Part shown: positions 1 to 11,973 of the stretch, one piece after another
Layout of the letters: every line of letters begins with the position of its first letter
Numbering within the stretch: position 1 is the first letter of the stretch
Source: Albugo candida
Lineage: Eukaryota
Length of the DNA: 64,000 bases
NCBI GenBank assembly: GCA_040437565.1
Contig: JBDOQK010000022.1
Span: 434,001 to 498,000 of the forward strand
Reading direction: 5' to 3'
The notes under the pieces: model-generated
What the model was told of the DNA's origin: nothing
Seen by the model: the letters and a program-made list of their open reading frames with translations, nothing else
Database searches by the model: none
Translations under genes and position numbers: made by a program

Positions 1-32
1 TTGCAGCAGACGCCTTTCGAATACGTTCAGAA

Positions 33-3000
33 GGTTATCAGCCCAAAGAAAAGTTCTGGCGATACAGCTTCACACGGTACACCCGCTTTGATGGTCGCTG
101 GTCAGGACACGCCCAACGATCAAGAATAAGAGGAAAGGTCGGTCATGCCCGTGACGGCACTGTACAAGGCGCTCTCTATGATTGGTGAATTTTGGAAGGA
201 TATAATAATCGCAGGAGGGAAAGCTAAACGACACCGGGAGGACTCTGCCGAGTCAAGCACTTTTGGCTCGGTTTTGGGATCTGTAGGTATGAACATCCAT
301 ACTTTCGAGCATACCCCTCCTCCCAAACTGTCACCGAATGTCTCACCGGACACCTTGTTTGGTGCCCGCTGACCAGCTTATCCTGGGAATATGATTGTTG
401 CCCCGGACAAGGTCGATGATGGATCAGAGACCTCAAGCCGGCTTAATGAGCAAGTTGCGCCTGCAGGAGTGTACCCAGGTGTGCGTATGCCAGGTCCTGG
501 TTATTAGCCGAAGCCGAAGACTTACCGGATGGGTTCATCAACGAAAATTGGCTTTGCAACCTTTTTATGGGAAGGAACTCTACAATGGACCCTTCCTAGT
601 AGATTTATTCGACAGGGAAATGAGCTTGTGCGGTATGCTGGCTTCTCCAAGCGTGTCTGTGGTTCTCGTGGCCTAAAAACATTAAGCTTGATGTTGTTGG
701 TCAACCCCTTGGCAGACATTGCACAGAAGTATCATCGTCGGAAGGTGACGACTTGGTGGTCTGAGAATCAAACTTTGCTGTATGCAATGCAAAGGTTGCT
801 CCATACCTGCAATACCAAGATATCGCTTACCAGAGAATGAAGGATTTTGTTGCCTCTAAGTCATCGCCGCGTAGCTGAACGGGATTTTCTTGTATCTTAC
901 AGCTCTAGTGAAGAATGCGGAGGCATGTTAAACATCTCTTGCACAATGTTATCAGCAATGCTGATACAACTATGCGCACGACGACGTTGTCTCGTGTGGG
1001 TCTAAATAGGATTGACTATCTAGGACGGGTTGAAGATCTCGTCCATTTTGCACAATAGACGGATTTGGACATTCGAATCCAGCATTTTGACAGAGCGTAG
1101 TAAATCTTATAGAACTGATGAAGGAAACGAGGAAGTTTGGAAAGGTCAAGAAAGGTCCCAAGAATCGAGTTTTATAATTTGCTATCAATATGGCAACGCC
1201 GGTCACCTCAAGATAGTATGCCCGAAAAAAGGCAAGAAACGACAAGATAAAGATTTCATTCTAACTTTCAGCAATGCACAGTGCAGCTCAAAAAGCACTG
1301 GGTTTTGGACAGCGTCTCTGGACGATACATGGTCAATTCATTGAGCCTGCTCGACGATGCCGAAACGAATGTTTCACCACATCTTCTGATGGGGCCCTTG
1401 AGTACGACTATACAATGAAGTGTGATGATCCAGTCCAAGATCTTGGTATTGTAGATACCATCCTACTCCATCATGCTCGTTACACATTTATTTGGGACGT
1501 AAGACCATTTCGTTTGGTAAATTCGAAAAGAAGGGAAGCGTCTTTTGAATATCGTGAAGAGAGACATGGTATGGTCTCTCACCCTGGTGGTACACCAATC
1601 AAAGACGTTGATCGTATCAATAATGTGCTACTCGTTTCAGTCTTTGATGGTATTTCGAGTAACGCTTTTCGTGAATTTGGTCCACTAAAGGAGGTGGTCA
1701 TGCCAATCGTGAACGGAGATTGACATGAACATAACATGGTGCTCAGCACAGAAGCTTGTTAGGGTTCCATCGTCGTGTTGGTCATGTGTTATGGCGCGAT
1801 CATCAAGATGGCCCGTGATGCCGTCTCTGGTATCAAACTTAGCGGTACTAGGCGTAACGGCTGCTTGGTATACGCACAAGGCAAGCAGACGAAGAACTTG
1901 AAGGAAGGAAGGACCGCGTCTTGAACTCATCCAACGATGTGATCGATAGCGTCATCTGGTCCGACCTAAAAGCCCATAACTCCCCGTGACCGTAGGTATT
2001 TGACACCTTTATCGATCATCGTTCAAATTCTTGCCGAGTATTTCTCGCGAAGACCCATTATATTACTTCGATGAAGTTTGAGCATTCTTCGTGTTTTTCG
2101 AAAAGCGGTTCAATTACTGTATACACGTTCTACATACAGATGATGGAGGCGAATAAAACGTCCGGACGTTTTTCGCAAGAAAACTGGTGTCTTACGATAC
2201 GTAAATGAAAGAAATATCCCGACAAGTACATGCAAATATGAAAGGATTTATCGCACTATCATGAACATGGTCCGTAGCCTTTTTTTAAGTGGGCTGTCTT
2301 TGTAGTTTTGGGACGATGCTGCTTGAATATGCAGCCTATATCCTAAATCAAAGTCCCACCAAGGCGAATGAGGCGGTATTCCGTCTTTTCAGATGTTTAT
2401 CAAGAAGCGACCGGTCTTAAGTACCATTGTGCTTTTTGGCTCCCATGCACGGTGCGCCTAAAAACTAATACCAAATCTCTGGGCGTGGGCGATAAAGTGA
2501 AAGTCATATTAGGAAAAAACGATGAGATGAAGGGGGTATCGTTCGAAAGGAGCGTTTAGTGTTCGTAATTTAGCACGTTCAGGATGTTGGCACCCTGACC
2601 TATATTCAAGTCAGTAAATTGGTAAAAGATTTGCATGGTATTGAAGGTGAGGATGAGCTTGATCGTAGCCATGGCAAGCGCCCAACGATCACGTGACCGA
2701 CACCTGACAAGCTCGGATGCGATGAGGATGATAAGCCAAGTGATGAAAGTAACTATATTAAAGTTCACGACGTTGTAAGCACTATCAGAGACCTAAAAAA
2801 GTACGTTTAGGCTGTGAAGAGCACTAGCAAAGATACATGCTTCATGGCCATAAATTAAGAGTTCAAAGCTTTGGATGCAAATGGTGTCTGGACAGTATTA
2901 TTTCCACCCAAAGACTCACACTTTCTCCAAGACAAGTGAGTTTTCAAGCCGATGACAGATCCTGATGAAAAGTAAAACAAATGAGATATAAAGAAAGCCT

Positions 3001-4666
3001 CGTTGCATACTTTAATGAACAACTCCTTGAAATCCATTGCACTTTGCCTTTCGCTACGTTAATGGAACTTGGTAGCGTAAAGGTAATCTTAATATTCTTC
3101 CGACGATTAAAAGTGACGGCTCATCATGGTGACGTTCTTAATGCATACGTCAGGTACGTTGACATAAACGTCAGAGTGCCAATGGGACTGCAAGTCGGTG
3201 AAGAAATCTTGAAGCAACATGGAGATAGGCATACGGAAGAGGTGGCTCTGTTGTTTGAGAAGTCGCTAAATGTCCTCAGGCCGGAAAGCTCTGGAACAAG
3301 TTGTTCCACTCGAATTTGGTTGATCAGGGTTTCATGCAGTGTACTGTAAAACATACATGTGTCTGTACAGCAAAGAAACCGATGGAAATGTTACGGCCTT
3401 GGGTGTGTATGTTGACGACTTGATGATCAGAGAGAATTCAACCGATGGAGTTGGACGAAATTTCGACAGCATCTTGTCGCTCGTAATAAAAAGATTGGGA
3501 ATCTAGAAAAAGTTTCTGGTTTTACGTATAATCTTGGACTCTGAAGTTGGTTAAGTGCTGGATGAAATGGTGGCGAGAGACTTACTGTTATAGAACCATA
3601 GTTCGGAATCGGCTAACGGGGTTCCAGCTCCAATTTGCGAATCACGCAACGAAGAAGAAATGAAATATCCAGAATTGCTGGTTACGTCATCTGAGGGCGG
3701 GGTAGCAAGACGGACTATCGATCATCAAGGCTTTTCAGTCCCTCGCTCGAGTTTAATATGGGATTGCATAATGCACTCGTCCAGATATCTGATTTGTAGT
3801 GCACGCGCAACCAGGCAATCTTGAAACCGACGATGAGGGAATGGAAAATAGAGAAGCAACATAGAAAGGAGACGAAGTCGTTGAAATTATGTGTCAACAG
3901 TCAATCAGGGGACCCCATCAAGATCGATTCTTGGAGCGATGCGGACGTTTCCGTACAAAAGCCGGATAGAACTTTAGTGTCAGGATGCGTGCGGACGATG
4001 ACGTGCAACAAGCATACTGTGTCTTGCTTAGAACCATCGAAGCGGAGTTTATCGCTGCTTCGCATGCTGGTCGTGTGCTTCTAGGGCTTAGATGATTGTT
4101 TGGCAAACCGTACATGAGAGTTGTTGAGCCGATTCCCACGTGGATGGACAATGAAGCGGTGATCAAGCAATTGGAAATTGAGAATAATGCCACAAGCTTG
4201 AATATCGCGCCATTCGTTCCAAGTTTGTCTGTCACCATGCTCAAGCTAAGTTCATGCAGCCAAACTTTGTCACGTCTAATGATATGATTGCGGATATATT
4301 GACGAAGGCAATCCCAGCGTCGAGAATCTCAGGCCTAGTTGAATGTATGGATTGAAGTCACTCCAAGATGACGTTAAGGAGGAGTGTTAGACACTATTGT
4401 TCTCTGACAAGTCGTCAAGAGCTTAAGTTACAACTGCAAGACTCATCACGGGTAAATTCCGACCTCAGCTCAACAGCTGTTTGGTAACAACATGAAAGGT
4501 TATATGAGGTGAGACGGTCACCATGTGGGACCAGACGGAAGTCATGTGAAACGTGACATAGTCAAGTTTGTGAAGCCGCTCTTCATGCATGTTTGTAGTT
4601 TTGACAAACAAGATTTGATGCTAAATGCTTTTTACGTTTACTTGTACCTCTACTTCTATTGAAACA
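33..4666 (+). mobile_element. Degenerate Ty1/copia LTR retrotransposon (5' LTR missing)
   Basis: PBS-like GGTTATCAGCCCA at 33-45; decayed zinc knuckle CYQYGNAGHLKIVC (~1180-1220); protease-like WVLDS (~1299); integrase relics (~1950-2350); RT relics incl. GVYVDDL (~3400); RNase H WSDAD and DNEA motifs (~3930-4330); PPT AAGGAGGAG immediately before the LTR; many stops and frameshifts. Confidence 0.9.
4385..4666 (+). repeat. 3' LTR of copia element
   Basis: Starts TGTTAG right after the purine tract and ends GAAACA (TGTT...AACA inverted termini). The right end is inferred because no second LTR is available for comparison. Confidence 0.7.
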
Positions 4667-4690
4667 GGTGCTTTTCCAAAACACTTTCAC

Positions 4691-4998
4691 AGGAACATAC
4701 ATTGGTAGCCCCATACGTGAAGTAAGGAGACCCTATTACTTCATCTTGCTCCACGAGCACAACTAACTAAGGTACCGACAAACATACACCAGCACCTCCG
4801 TTCCAAAGCCCCTTTAAATTGAACGGAATTAAAAGCCGAAAATACTAATAAAGCGTATAACTACAACACAGAAAAAAAACTGTGCGTGTGAGACCAAGCC
4901 GAAGAATCTCGAATCCAAAACTGTCACGTGCAAGGCAGAAAGTTGAATCAGCAGAAGTCCGATCAAAGAAAAACAAACAGGAGGGAGATTATATCCAG
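4691..4998 (+). pseudogene. Truncated, internally deleted copy of the 5' part of the PRP40-like gene
   Basis: Aligns to ~9270-9388 (CATACATTGGTAGCCCCATACGTG vs CATACATCGGAAGCCCCATACGTG), then jumps to ~9603-9800 (TACAACACAGAAA...TGTGCGTGTG, the WW-domain region). Both WW tryptophan codons read TGA. Confidence 0.85.
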
Positions 4999-6073
4999 GA
5001 GACTCAAGCCAGAAAACTCAGTCTCAATCTGTCGAGAAAAGTCTCCTAATTCTGCTGACATGAAGCTTGATGACGTATCAAACACAAGTAGGATGTTCGA
5101 GGGAAAATGGGCTTTATTTAATCCAGCAGTAACATTTCCTAAGAGGGCACAATTTGTTCCCGATACAGCGCCACTACTTTAAAGCGTATAGAGCACGAGC
5201 TGGATAATTGAAGGCTTTAATCATCTCGCAAAGTGTTCGACGCAGAAATGAACAATAAAAAAATTAAGTAATGTTCCTCATCAACTCGGGCACTGTCCCA
5301 GAATTTTGAGGTTTGAGATTAGTGCTAAAAAATGAAATTCTGCCATCTCAAGAGAGACATCTCTTGCCACGTACGAAATTGACGAAAATTAGTTCAAGCC
5401 CAGGAGTATGCGGATGACGTAAAAACTTGACGACTGCAATACCCTTCAATCAACGGAAAATGCTGTTCCGTGTTCCGCCCAAGTAAAGGTGACAGTCAGT
5501 GGAAGAGAAATGAGTAGCTTGGAATGTTGTAACGACGATTAGATATAACACCATTTTGTGCATGTTTCTCGGCAGAATAAAGCACGCTATGACTTTATTT
5601 TATTACATTCACTCTTGTAGAGTATTCGATACTCTACTCGTTTCTCATTAGTGTTCTCGATTATTCCATGCAGTGACAATATCAAGCCTACGGGTACACT
5701 CAGAACCGGATTCTGATTTATTGGATTTGGCACCGTTTCGGAGCTTACATGTATCTATTAGCGCGGGTTATAAATTGAGGTGGATATCTCTCACAGAAGC
5801 AAAAGGACATAAAAAAACATTATTCGATTCTGTACCTGTGGAACAGCGTATCCAATCCTAATCAATTCTTATAGGTTCTTTCTATTTATCATTCTATTGT
5901 TTAATAAAGTCTCAATTAACGACCAACATCGCTTCTTTTTCTTTGCGTGGGAAATTAGAATGGTACTGGTCTCCTCTTCTTTCCGCGGAGATTATACAGT
6001 ACGCTACTTCTTTCTAAGAAATGACTGGTCTGATTGCGTCCTAGCCGTCCTTCCTAAATATTGAATTTACTCC

Positions 6074-6087
6074 TCATTCTCATATTG
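6074..6087 (+). promoter_or_regulatory. Possible oomycete Inr(-FPR)-type core promoter
   Basis: TCATTCT-CATATTG matches the YCAYTYY initiator ~20 nt upstream of the ATG at 6095. Short motif, could be chance. Confidence 0.3.
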
Positions 6088-6094
6088 TCTGGTC

Positions 6095-8087
6095 ATGGTG
6101 CATCCGTATTGGCTCCTCAATTCTGTTGCGTCGCTGCTAAGCACAGTTACTGATGCCAACAATCCAGCAATCATCACCGCAACATTTATTCACAATAGTG
6201 ATCTGAGTAAGTGCCAGTCCTGTCTAACAAATATTGCCGGAATGGATCGACTCTCGATTTCTTCTGATTGGACGCACAACCCGAACGAACTATCGCCAAC
6301 AGTGCAGTTCCACGCATCTGGTTCTACGTATTCTTATATGAGAGCTAGAACTGATTGTCAGAGTAGTCTTACATGCGGATTCATCACAACACCTGATCTT
6401 GCGGACGCGATGGTCGCCCGAAATACAGAAGACGACGATATCAAAATGTTATGCGTTCTCACAGATGAGCAAACAAGTTTTGACTGTGGTATCTGTCTCA
6501 AAATGACGAGCGGCGCTCATAGCATTCAAAAATTTCAACTGATATACGCGGATGCAAAGGAACGATACTTGCACGTGCTGCAAACAAAGGAAATAAACAT
6601 TTTTGAACCGTGTTCAGTATCTGGTACGTGTAGTGGACGTTACCATGAATTTCATGACCTTGCATGTCGTGAACTTGCCAGAAAATTATCCAACGATGTA
6701 TTCAAACCATCCAANNNNNNNNNNNNNNNNNNNNNNNNNNNNNNNNNNNNNNNNNNNNNNNNNNNNNNNNNNNNNNNNNNNNNNNNNNNNNNNNNNNNNN
6801 NNNNNNNNNNNNNNATACAGAAGACGACGATATCAAAATGTTATGCGTTCTCACAGATGAGCAAACAAGTTTTGACTGTGGTATCTGTCTCAAAATGACG
6901 AGCGGCGCTCATAGCATTCAAAAATTTCAACTGATATACGCGGATGCAAAGGAACGATACTTGCACGTGCTGCAAACAAAGGAAATAAACATTTTTGAAC
7001 CGTGTTCAGTATCTGGTACGTGTAGTGGACGTTACCATGAATTTCATGACCTTGCATGTCGTGAACTTGCCAGAAAATTATCCAACGATGTATTCAAACC
7101 ATCCAACACCGGAGTTTTGGGCAAATTCAATCCCGGTACTGCTAAAGACCCATTCCATGTCGCCATCAAATCGATTTATGATACTGTCTATTTGTCGACA
7201 ACATGCTATATGACATCAGCGACCCACGAGTCAAGCATAAAGTGCCTTGGTTGCATGGCGTCGCAATCATCGGGAATAGCAGTGTTGGTTGATCAAACAT
7301 ATCAACAAGATAAATTAGAAAGCAAGCAATACTTTTGGTTGATAGCAAGAACAAAAAAAAACTCGCTTTTTGTAAAACGCCTTGTAGATGGATGCCTACG
7401 ATACCCAAATCATTTTGTTTAGAAGCGTCTTTCAAATCCATTGATTTTTCACAGCCCTCCGGCAAGATCTACTATAATACTGCAGAATATCGCGAGCTGA
7501 ATAAAATTATTCAGGATCCATTGGCTCTATCACGAAGCTCAAGTTGTCTGTGGGTGGAACACAAATTGGTTAATTACGAAACATGTCAGCGTTGCATGGA
7601 AACAATCACTGGTTCCTCTGTCAAAAAACTATCCGGAATTGATTTCTTGATTGAATCAATACAAAACGTGTACGAAAACTCTAAATGCATTTCTTCATCT
7701 AATACGCCGGATCTTTGCAAAAAAGTGGTCAGTATTCCGGATCGATTTTGTGGATCTTTCAATACAGCATCTCCTGATCAAGCAAGCAGAATCTCTACTA
7801 TCAGAAGAGGATGGCCACACAAGCCAACTCTGGAATGCTTTACGTGTCTCACGTCAATGCTGGATATTTTGATCATGGATTTGGTATCTGTCTGGATGGT
7901 GGGTTCTCCAAGTGACAGTGATTGTATTGTGGAATGTAAAGATTTAAAAATGAATGGTTGGGAAATGTGGGATATCTCTTCGATTCGACCGATATCAGCA
8001 AATTCAATCAAAGAAAGGTTTGGTATCGTGGAGGAACAATCGCTTCCCCATGAATTGATGCTCTTAGAAGGGAATATGCTCGAATAG
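6095..8087 (+). CDS. Secreted CCG (CxxCxxxxxG)-class effector-like protein, multi-module, ~533 aa after correction
   Basis: Signal-peptide-like N-terminus MVHPYWLLNSVASLLSTVTDA; CQSCLTNIAG at aa ~40-49; further modules CGICLKMTSG, CLGCMASQSSG, CQRCMETITG, CFTCLTSML. 6423-6714 is repeated as 6815-7106 across the N gap, and one frameshift lies in the A9 run 7353-7361. No introns are needed. Confidence 0.75.
6423..7106. other. Assembly gap (100 N) with 292-bp duplicated overlap
   Basis: 6423-6714 appears identical to 6815-7106. The same pattern occurs at the gaps starting 13518, 18913, 20793, 22843, 23259, 26314, 27448, 28343, 51186 and 58566. Confidence 0.9.
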
Positions 8088-9269
8088 GCGTATACCCACT
8101 GAAGACCCATCTATCAAATACGATTATCGATTAGGTCATTTCTAGTGTTCTAACGGTAATAATAATCCAACTGCTCCAAGCTTTCGGAATAAATTGCTGT
8201 TGAATTTCTCGTCACAATTCTTACGAGAAGACAAATGGCATCTTACAAGAACATGTAGATTCGATGTATGATGTCTTGCATCCGATTTGATTGAGGCCAT
8301 CTATACGTACGTTGGAAATGAATCTTCTGTATCAACAAAGACATTCGAATGACCACTGGCACTCTCGGAAATCAAATGAGATCTCTGCAACAGCTCTATT
8401 CCATCTCTTCTCGATCCTGGAAAAAAGGTGAATTATACATTGAATAAGTATCCATCAGGATGATAATAACATACGCCTATATACTTTGAGCAAGGTATCG
8501 ATTCTTTGCGACATACCTATCTGACAATATACAAAAAGACATACAACGTTCCATTGAGATGATCAACCAACTAAAATGAAGTCTCGGAAGTTTCCGTAAG
8601 AATGATTGCTCACCAGAAGATATGTGTTGATATCTGAATTGATGTACAAAACAGTAGTCAAGGAGCTTTGAGTGAGTACTTTCTACCAACGATAGCAGCC
8701 GCCTCTTTAAAGAGTACCTTATGCTAATTTATAATCTGTGTGAACCAACTTTTTTATGGAGATGACTGCCTTTGGAAATGTTTCATTCCCGAAAGTACGA
8801 AATTAGAGTGAGGATGTGTACCCCTTTGATGGTACGATATTGCATTGTGCATACATTTCCATTCTCCGCTTTGCTAAACGCTCAATTTTATTTACTTCCA
8901 ATCGCATTTAATGGAACGGCATTAAATGTGCTTTGTTTGATCGAATCCTTAAACGTCACATTAGCGCTCTCTATACAAGCAAGTCAGGCTAAGTAAGCAT
9001 AGATACGATCATGAGGTCGTTGCTTCATTGTATCTCTCCTTAGATACTTGTAATGTCAAATCATTCCTGATGCTGAAATACCTTTATGTGTCCTACCCAA
9101 CCTTTTTGCATCTTGCGGTACCTTTCCCTTTATAGCCAATCAAATAAATGATTTTCTGGATCTTTGAGATCGCTGCGAACGATTCGCTTTTATTATCGTT
9201 TGTACCTTATTATTTCCGATTTTGTAAACACTTGGAGGCCGAAAAGCGTCGACATTGAGTGCTACAAAT

Positions 9270-11426
9270 ATGGCACATACATCGGAAGCCCCATACGTGC
9301 AGGAAGGAGTCCTTGCTCCTTCATCGTCCTCTACAAGCACAACTATCAATGTAGGTACCGACATACATACACCAACACCTCCGTTCCTGCCACAATTGAT
9401 ACCTCCATCGTTACGTGCGCCAATCGTAGGCACCGTACCAGCGCCCCAATTCAACAACGTGACTGGTACGCCAATATATGGTACAGTACCACCTGCACCG
9501 CCTCCAGTACCATACACGCCCTCACCTTATTTCACCGAAATCTCCACCCCAAAAGCATTACCTTTGCGAAACACAACCACGTCGACTTCCACAGATTCTA
9601 CGTCCAAATCCCCTCTTCATTGGATGGAATTCAAAGACGAAAAGACCAATCAAACGTATTATTACAACACAGAAACGAAATTGTGCGTGTGGGACCAACC
9701 CGAAGAATTTCGGATCCAAAAAGCTCGCGTGCAAGTCGAAAAATTGAAGCAGCAGACGTCTGTAAGCAAGCAAAAGCAGCAGGAGGAAGAGCATATCCGA
9801 GCCGTACAAGCGAAAAAGAAATTCGACGCGATGGACCAAGAAGGTTGTCGAAAAGCGTTCACTGCTTTCTTGAAAGAACACACAATTTCTCCAGAATTCC
9901 GGTGGCAGGAGGCATTACGATACATCACAAAAGAAGGATTGGATCGAGAACCAACGTGGCGATTCGCGCTCAAAACTGTTGGAGAAAAGAAACAGTTGTT
10001 CGCTGAATACTGCACACAATCGAAAAGTCAATTGGTCATTGAAAAACGTCGTCGGGTCAAACGCAATCGAGAGGAATTTATCGAATTGCTCCATTCAATC
10101 GAATCTTTGATTCTACAGCTTGGATCAGAGGGAACCGACGATTTCCGCGCGTTAACTTGGATCGAATTTTCCCAACATCACGCAATCCAAAATCTTCACA
10201 AAGATGCTCGATGGGAAGCCATCCAAGAGGGCAATGAGAAACGAGACTTGTATGAAGGCTACATGCTTGAATTGACCCGGAAACAGCAATTAGAAAAGAA
10301 CCGTAGAAGACAAGAGCTCAAACAGAATGTCATGCAATTCTTACTAGACGATTCTGAAGCCAATCGGATGTTTGATGGGCATCGTAAACGTTGGAGTTCT
10401 GACGAAAAACGACAGCTTTTTGACCATATTTCCAATAAAATTCAAATGCCAAAGGAGCTGAAGCATTCAGTGTACGAATGGATTGATGAGAGCTTTGATC
10501 GGCTTCGAAAGCGGATTGTCGAGTCCAAGGAATTGGAACGCGACGAAGAGAAAAAACTAGCCCGAGAATTGAGAAGTTGGCTATTGGATCTTTTTTCCAC
10601 GAATCAGATTTCACGATTTGATGAATGGGAAGTTATCGATGAAAAACTTGCCAAAATCGATGGATATAAAATCTTCGAGGTGCTATCCTCCCGAAGGAAA
10701 CAGCGCGTATACACCAAATTGATTCGGGAAGAGCGTCAGCGATTGCGTCATGAAGTCATTTTTATCAAAAGCTATTTGGATGATACTACTGGGAAGCGGA
10801 ATGATTTGTCGGGAATGATTGTCGATTGGAATTTCAAGGAGTTTAATGACGCGCTGACGTCGCAAATTTTGACACGCGCGAGTACGCGTTCATCGGATGA
10901 GAGTGCGGAAGATTCACAGCGAAAAATGGAGCTTGAAGCACTGGTTTTAGATCAGTCGAAATTGTGCAAAGAAGGGCAATCAGTCGCGGATTCCATCACA
11001 TTCCCTCCGTACGTGTTTGAGGTGTATGAGCTCTTGAAACTTGCAGCGAAGAAACAGCTTTTGAAGAATGATGGAGCGCGTCGAAACGGCGAAAGACGAA
11101 GCAGCAAACGAAAAGATCGGTCGATGAATGATTATCGCCCGCGCGCATCTTCAAAAAGGAAATATGCCAAACGTCGACGGTCTCGCTCAGTTCAGGATGA
11201 CCGTCGTTCACGGTCCAAGTCGGCTCGTCGAAGATCACGGTCACGGTCGCTCGAACCGCGTAAACGCTCGAAGAAGGATGTATTATCCTTATCAACCCAG
11301 CAAGAAGCGGCTAAAGCTGAAGAAGTAATTCGCCAAGCCCGAGCTAAACTACAAAACCAAAACGAGGAAATTCCGGTCGAGACAGCACTTCCGGATGAGC
11401 TGGAGGAAGGCGAAGTCACGGATTGA
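9270..11426 (+). CDS. PRP40: Pre-mRNA-processing factor 40-like (WW + FF domains, RS-rich tail)
   Basis: Intronless ORF from ATG 9270; Pro-rich N-terminus; WW domain WMEFKDEKTNQTYYYNTETKLCVWDQP; FF repeats (AFTAFLKEHTISPEFRWQEA...EKKQLFAEY); RSRSRS stretch; terminal ELEEGEV. Confidence 0.9.
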   Translation: MAHTSEAPYVQEGVLAPSSSSTSTTINVGTDIHTPTPPFLPQLIPPSLRAPIVGTVPAPQFNNVTGTPIYGTVPPAPPPVPYTPSPYFTEISTPKALPLRNTTTSTSTDSTSKSPLHWMEFKDEKTNQTYYYNTETKLCVWDQPEEFRIQKARVQVEKLKQQTSVSKQKQQEEEHIRAVQAKKKFDAMDQEGCRKAFTAFLKEHTISPEFRWQEALRYITKEGLDREPTWRFALKTVGEKKQLFAEYCTQSKSQLVIEKRRRVKRNREEFIELLHSIESLILQLGSEGTDDFRALTWIEFSQHHAIQNLHKDARWEAIQEGNEKRDLYEGYMLELTRKQQLEKNRRRQELKQNVMQFLLDDSEANRMFDGHRKRWSSDEKRQLFDHISNKIQMPKELKHSVYEWIDESFDRLRKRIVESKELERDEEKKLARELRSWLLDLFSTNQISRFDEWEVIDEKLAKIDGYKIFEVLSSRRKQRVYTKLIREERQRLRHEVIFIKSYLDDTTGKRNDLSGMIVDWNFKEFNDALTSQILTRASTRSSDESAEDSQRKMELEALVLDQSKLCKEGQSVADSITFPPYVFEVYELLKLAAKKQLLKNDGARRNGERRSSKRKDRSMNDYRPRASSKRKYAKRRRSRSVQDDRRSRSKSARRRSRSRSLEPRKRSKKDVLSLSTQQEAAKAEEVIRQARAKLQNQNEEIPVETALPDELEEGEVTD

Positions 11427-11572
11427 AACAGGATACCGGTAGGCGGTACGCTTGACGCAGATATCATTTGCTATTTACCGGTAAGACGTAGGGTACGATA
11501 TTAAGAGGTCGTAGGAAGGTGAATACGGAATGTTGCACGAATGCAATCGTAATTAATTGGACACCAGCATTC

Positions 11573-11916
11573 ATGAGTGACACAGAGATCACGCCAACGC
11601 AGCAGAATGAGCTTCGTATGCGGGTGCGTGGCATTACAGGTGTCTATTCGATTACTGACGTGCGTGTAGTTCCGGCAGGAAGCTGTGACGCAGGCAATCG
11701 AAGAGTTAAGTGTCAATATACAGATGAAATGCTTTGAGAAATGTGTGTCAAAGCCGAGTGGAAAACTTGACAGCAAGCAGCAGAATTGCGTCGCGTTGTG
11801 CGTAAATCGGTACATTGATACTTTGAATGTCGTCTCACAGACAATGGTCGGGACACAGGTACAACGCTGTATAGTGTATCTGCGTATAAGTATACTTATT
11901 CATGTTTTAGAGTTGA
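11573..11916 (+). CDS. TIM13: Mitochondrial small Tim chaperone (Tim13-like), 3 exons
   Basis: Exons 11573-11623, 11670-11858 and 11911-11916 with GT-AG introns of 46 and 52 nt; twin CX3C motif CFEKCVSKPSGKLDSKQQNCVALCVNRYID. Confidence 0.82.
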
Positions 11917-11973
11917 GCGATGGAAGAATCAACTTGGCGCTTGGAATCAATTGTATCCGTATTTTGATGCACA

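Noticed and set aside
8130-9110. Possible multi-exon minus-strand gene divergent from PRP40 (several GT-AG-like segments)
   Set aside because: I could not assemble a consistent reading frame or recognise a product.
9140-11467. Overlapping and antisense ORFs on PRP40 (e.g. 9164-10006, 9140-9517), and similar ones on UTP3, tubulin and NOP58
   Set aside because: Shadow frames of genuine coding sequence with no recognisable motifs.
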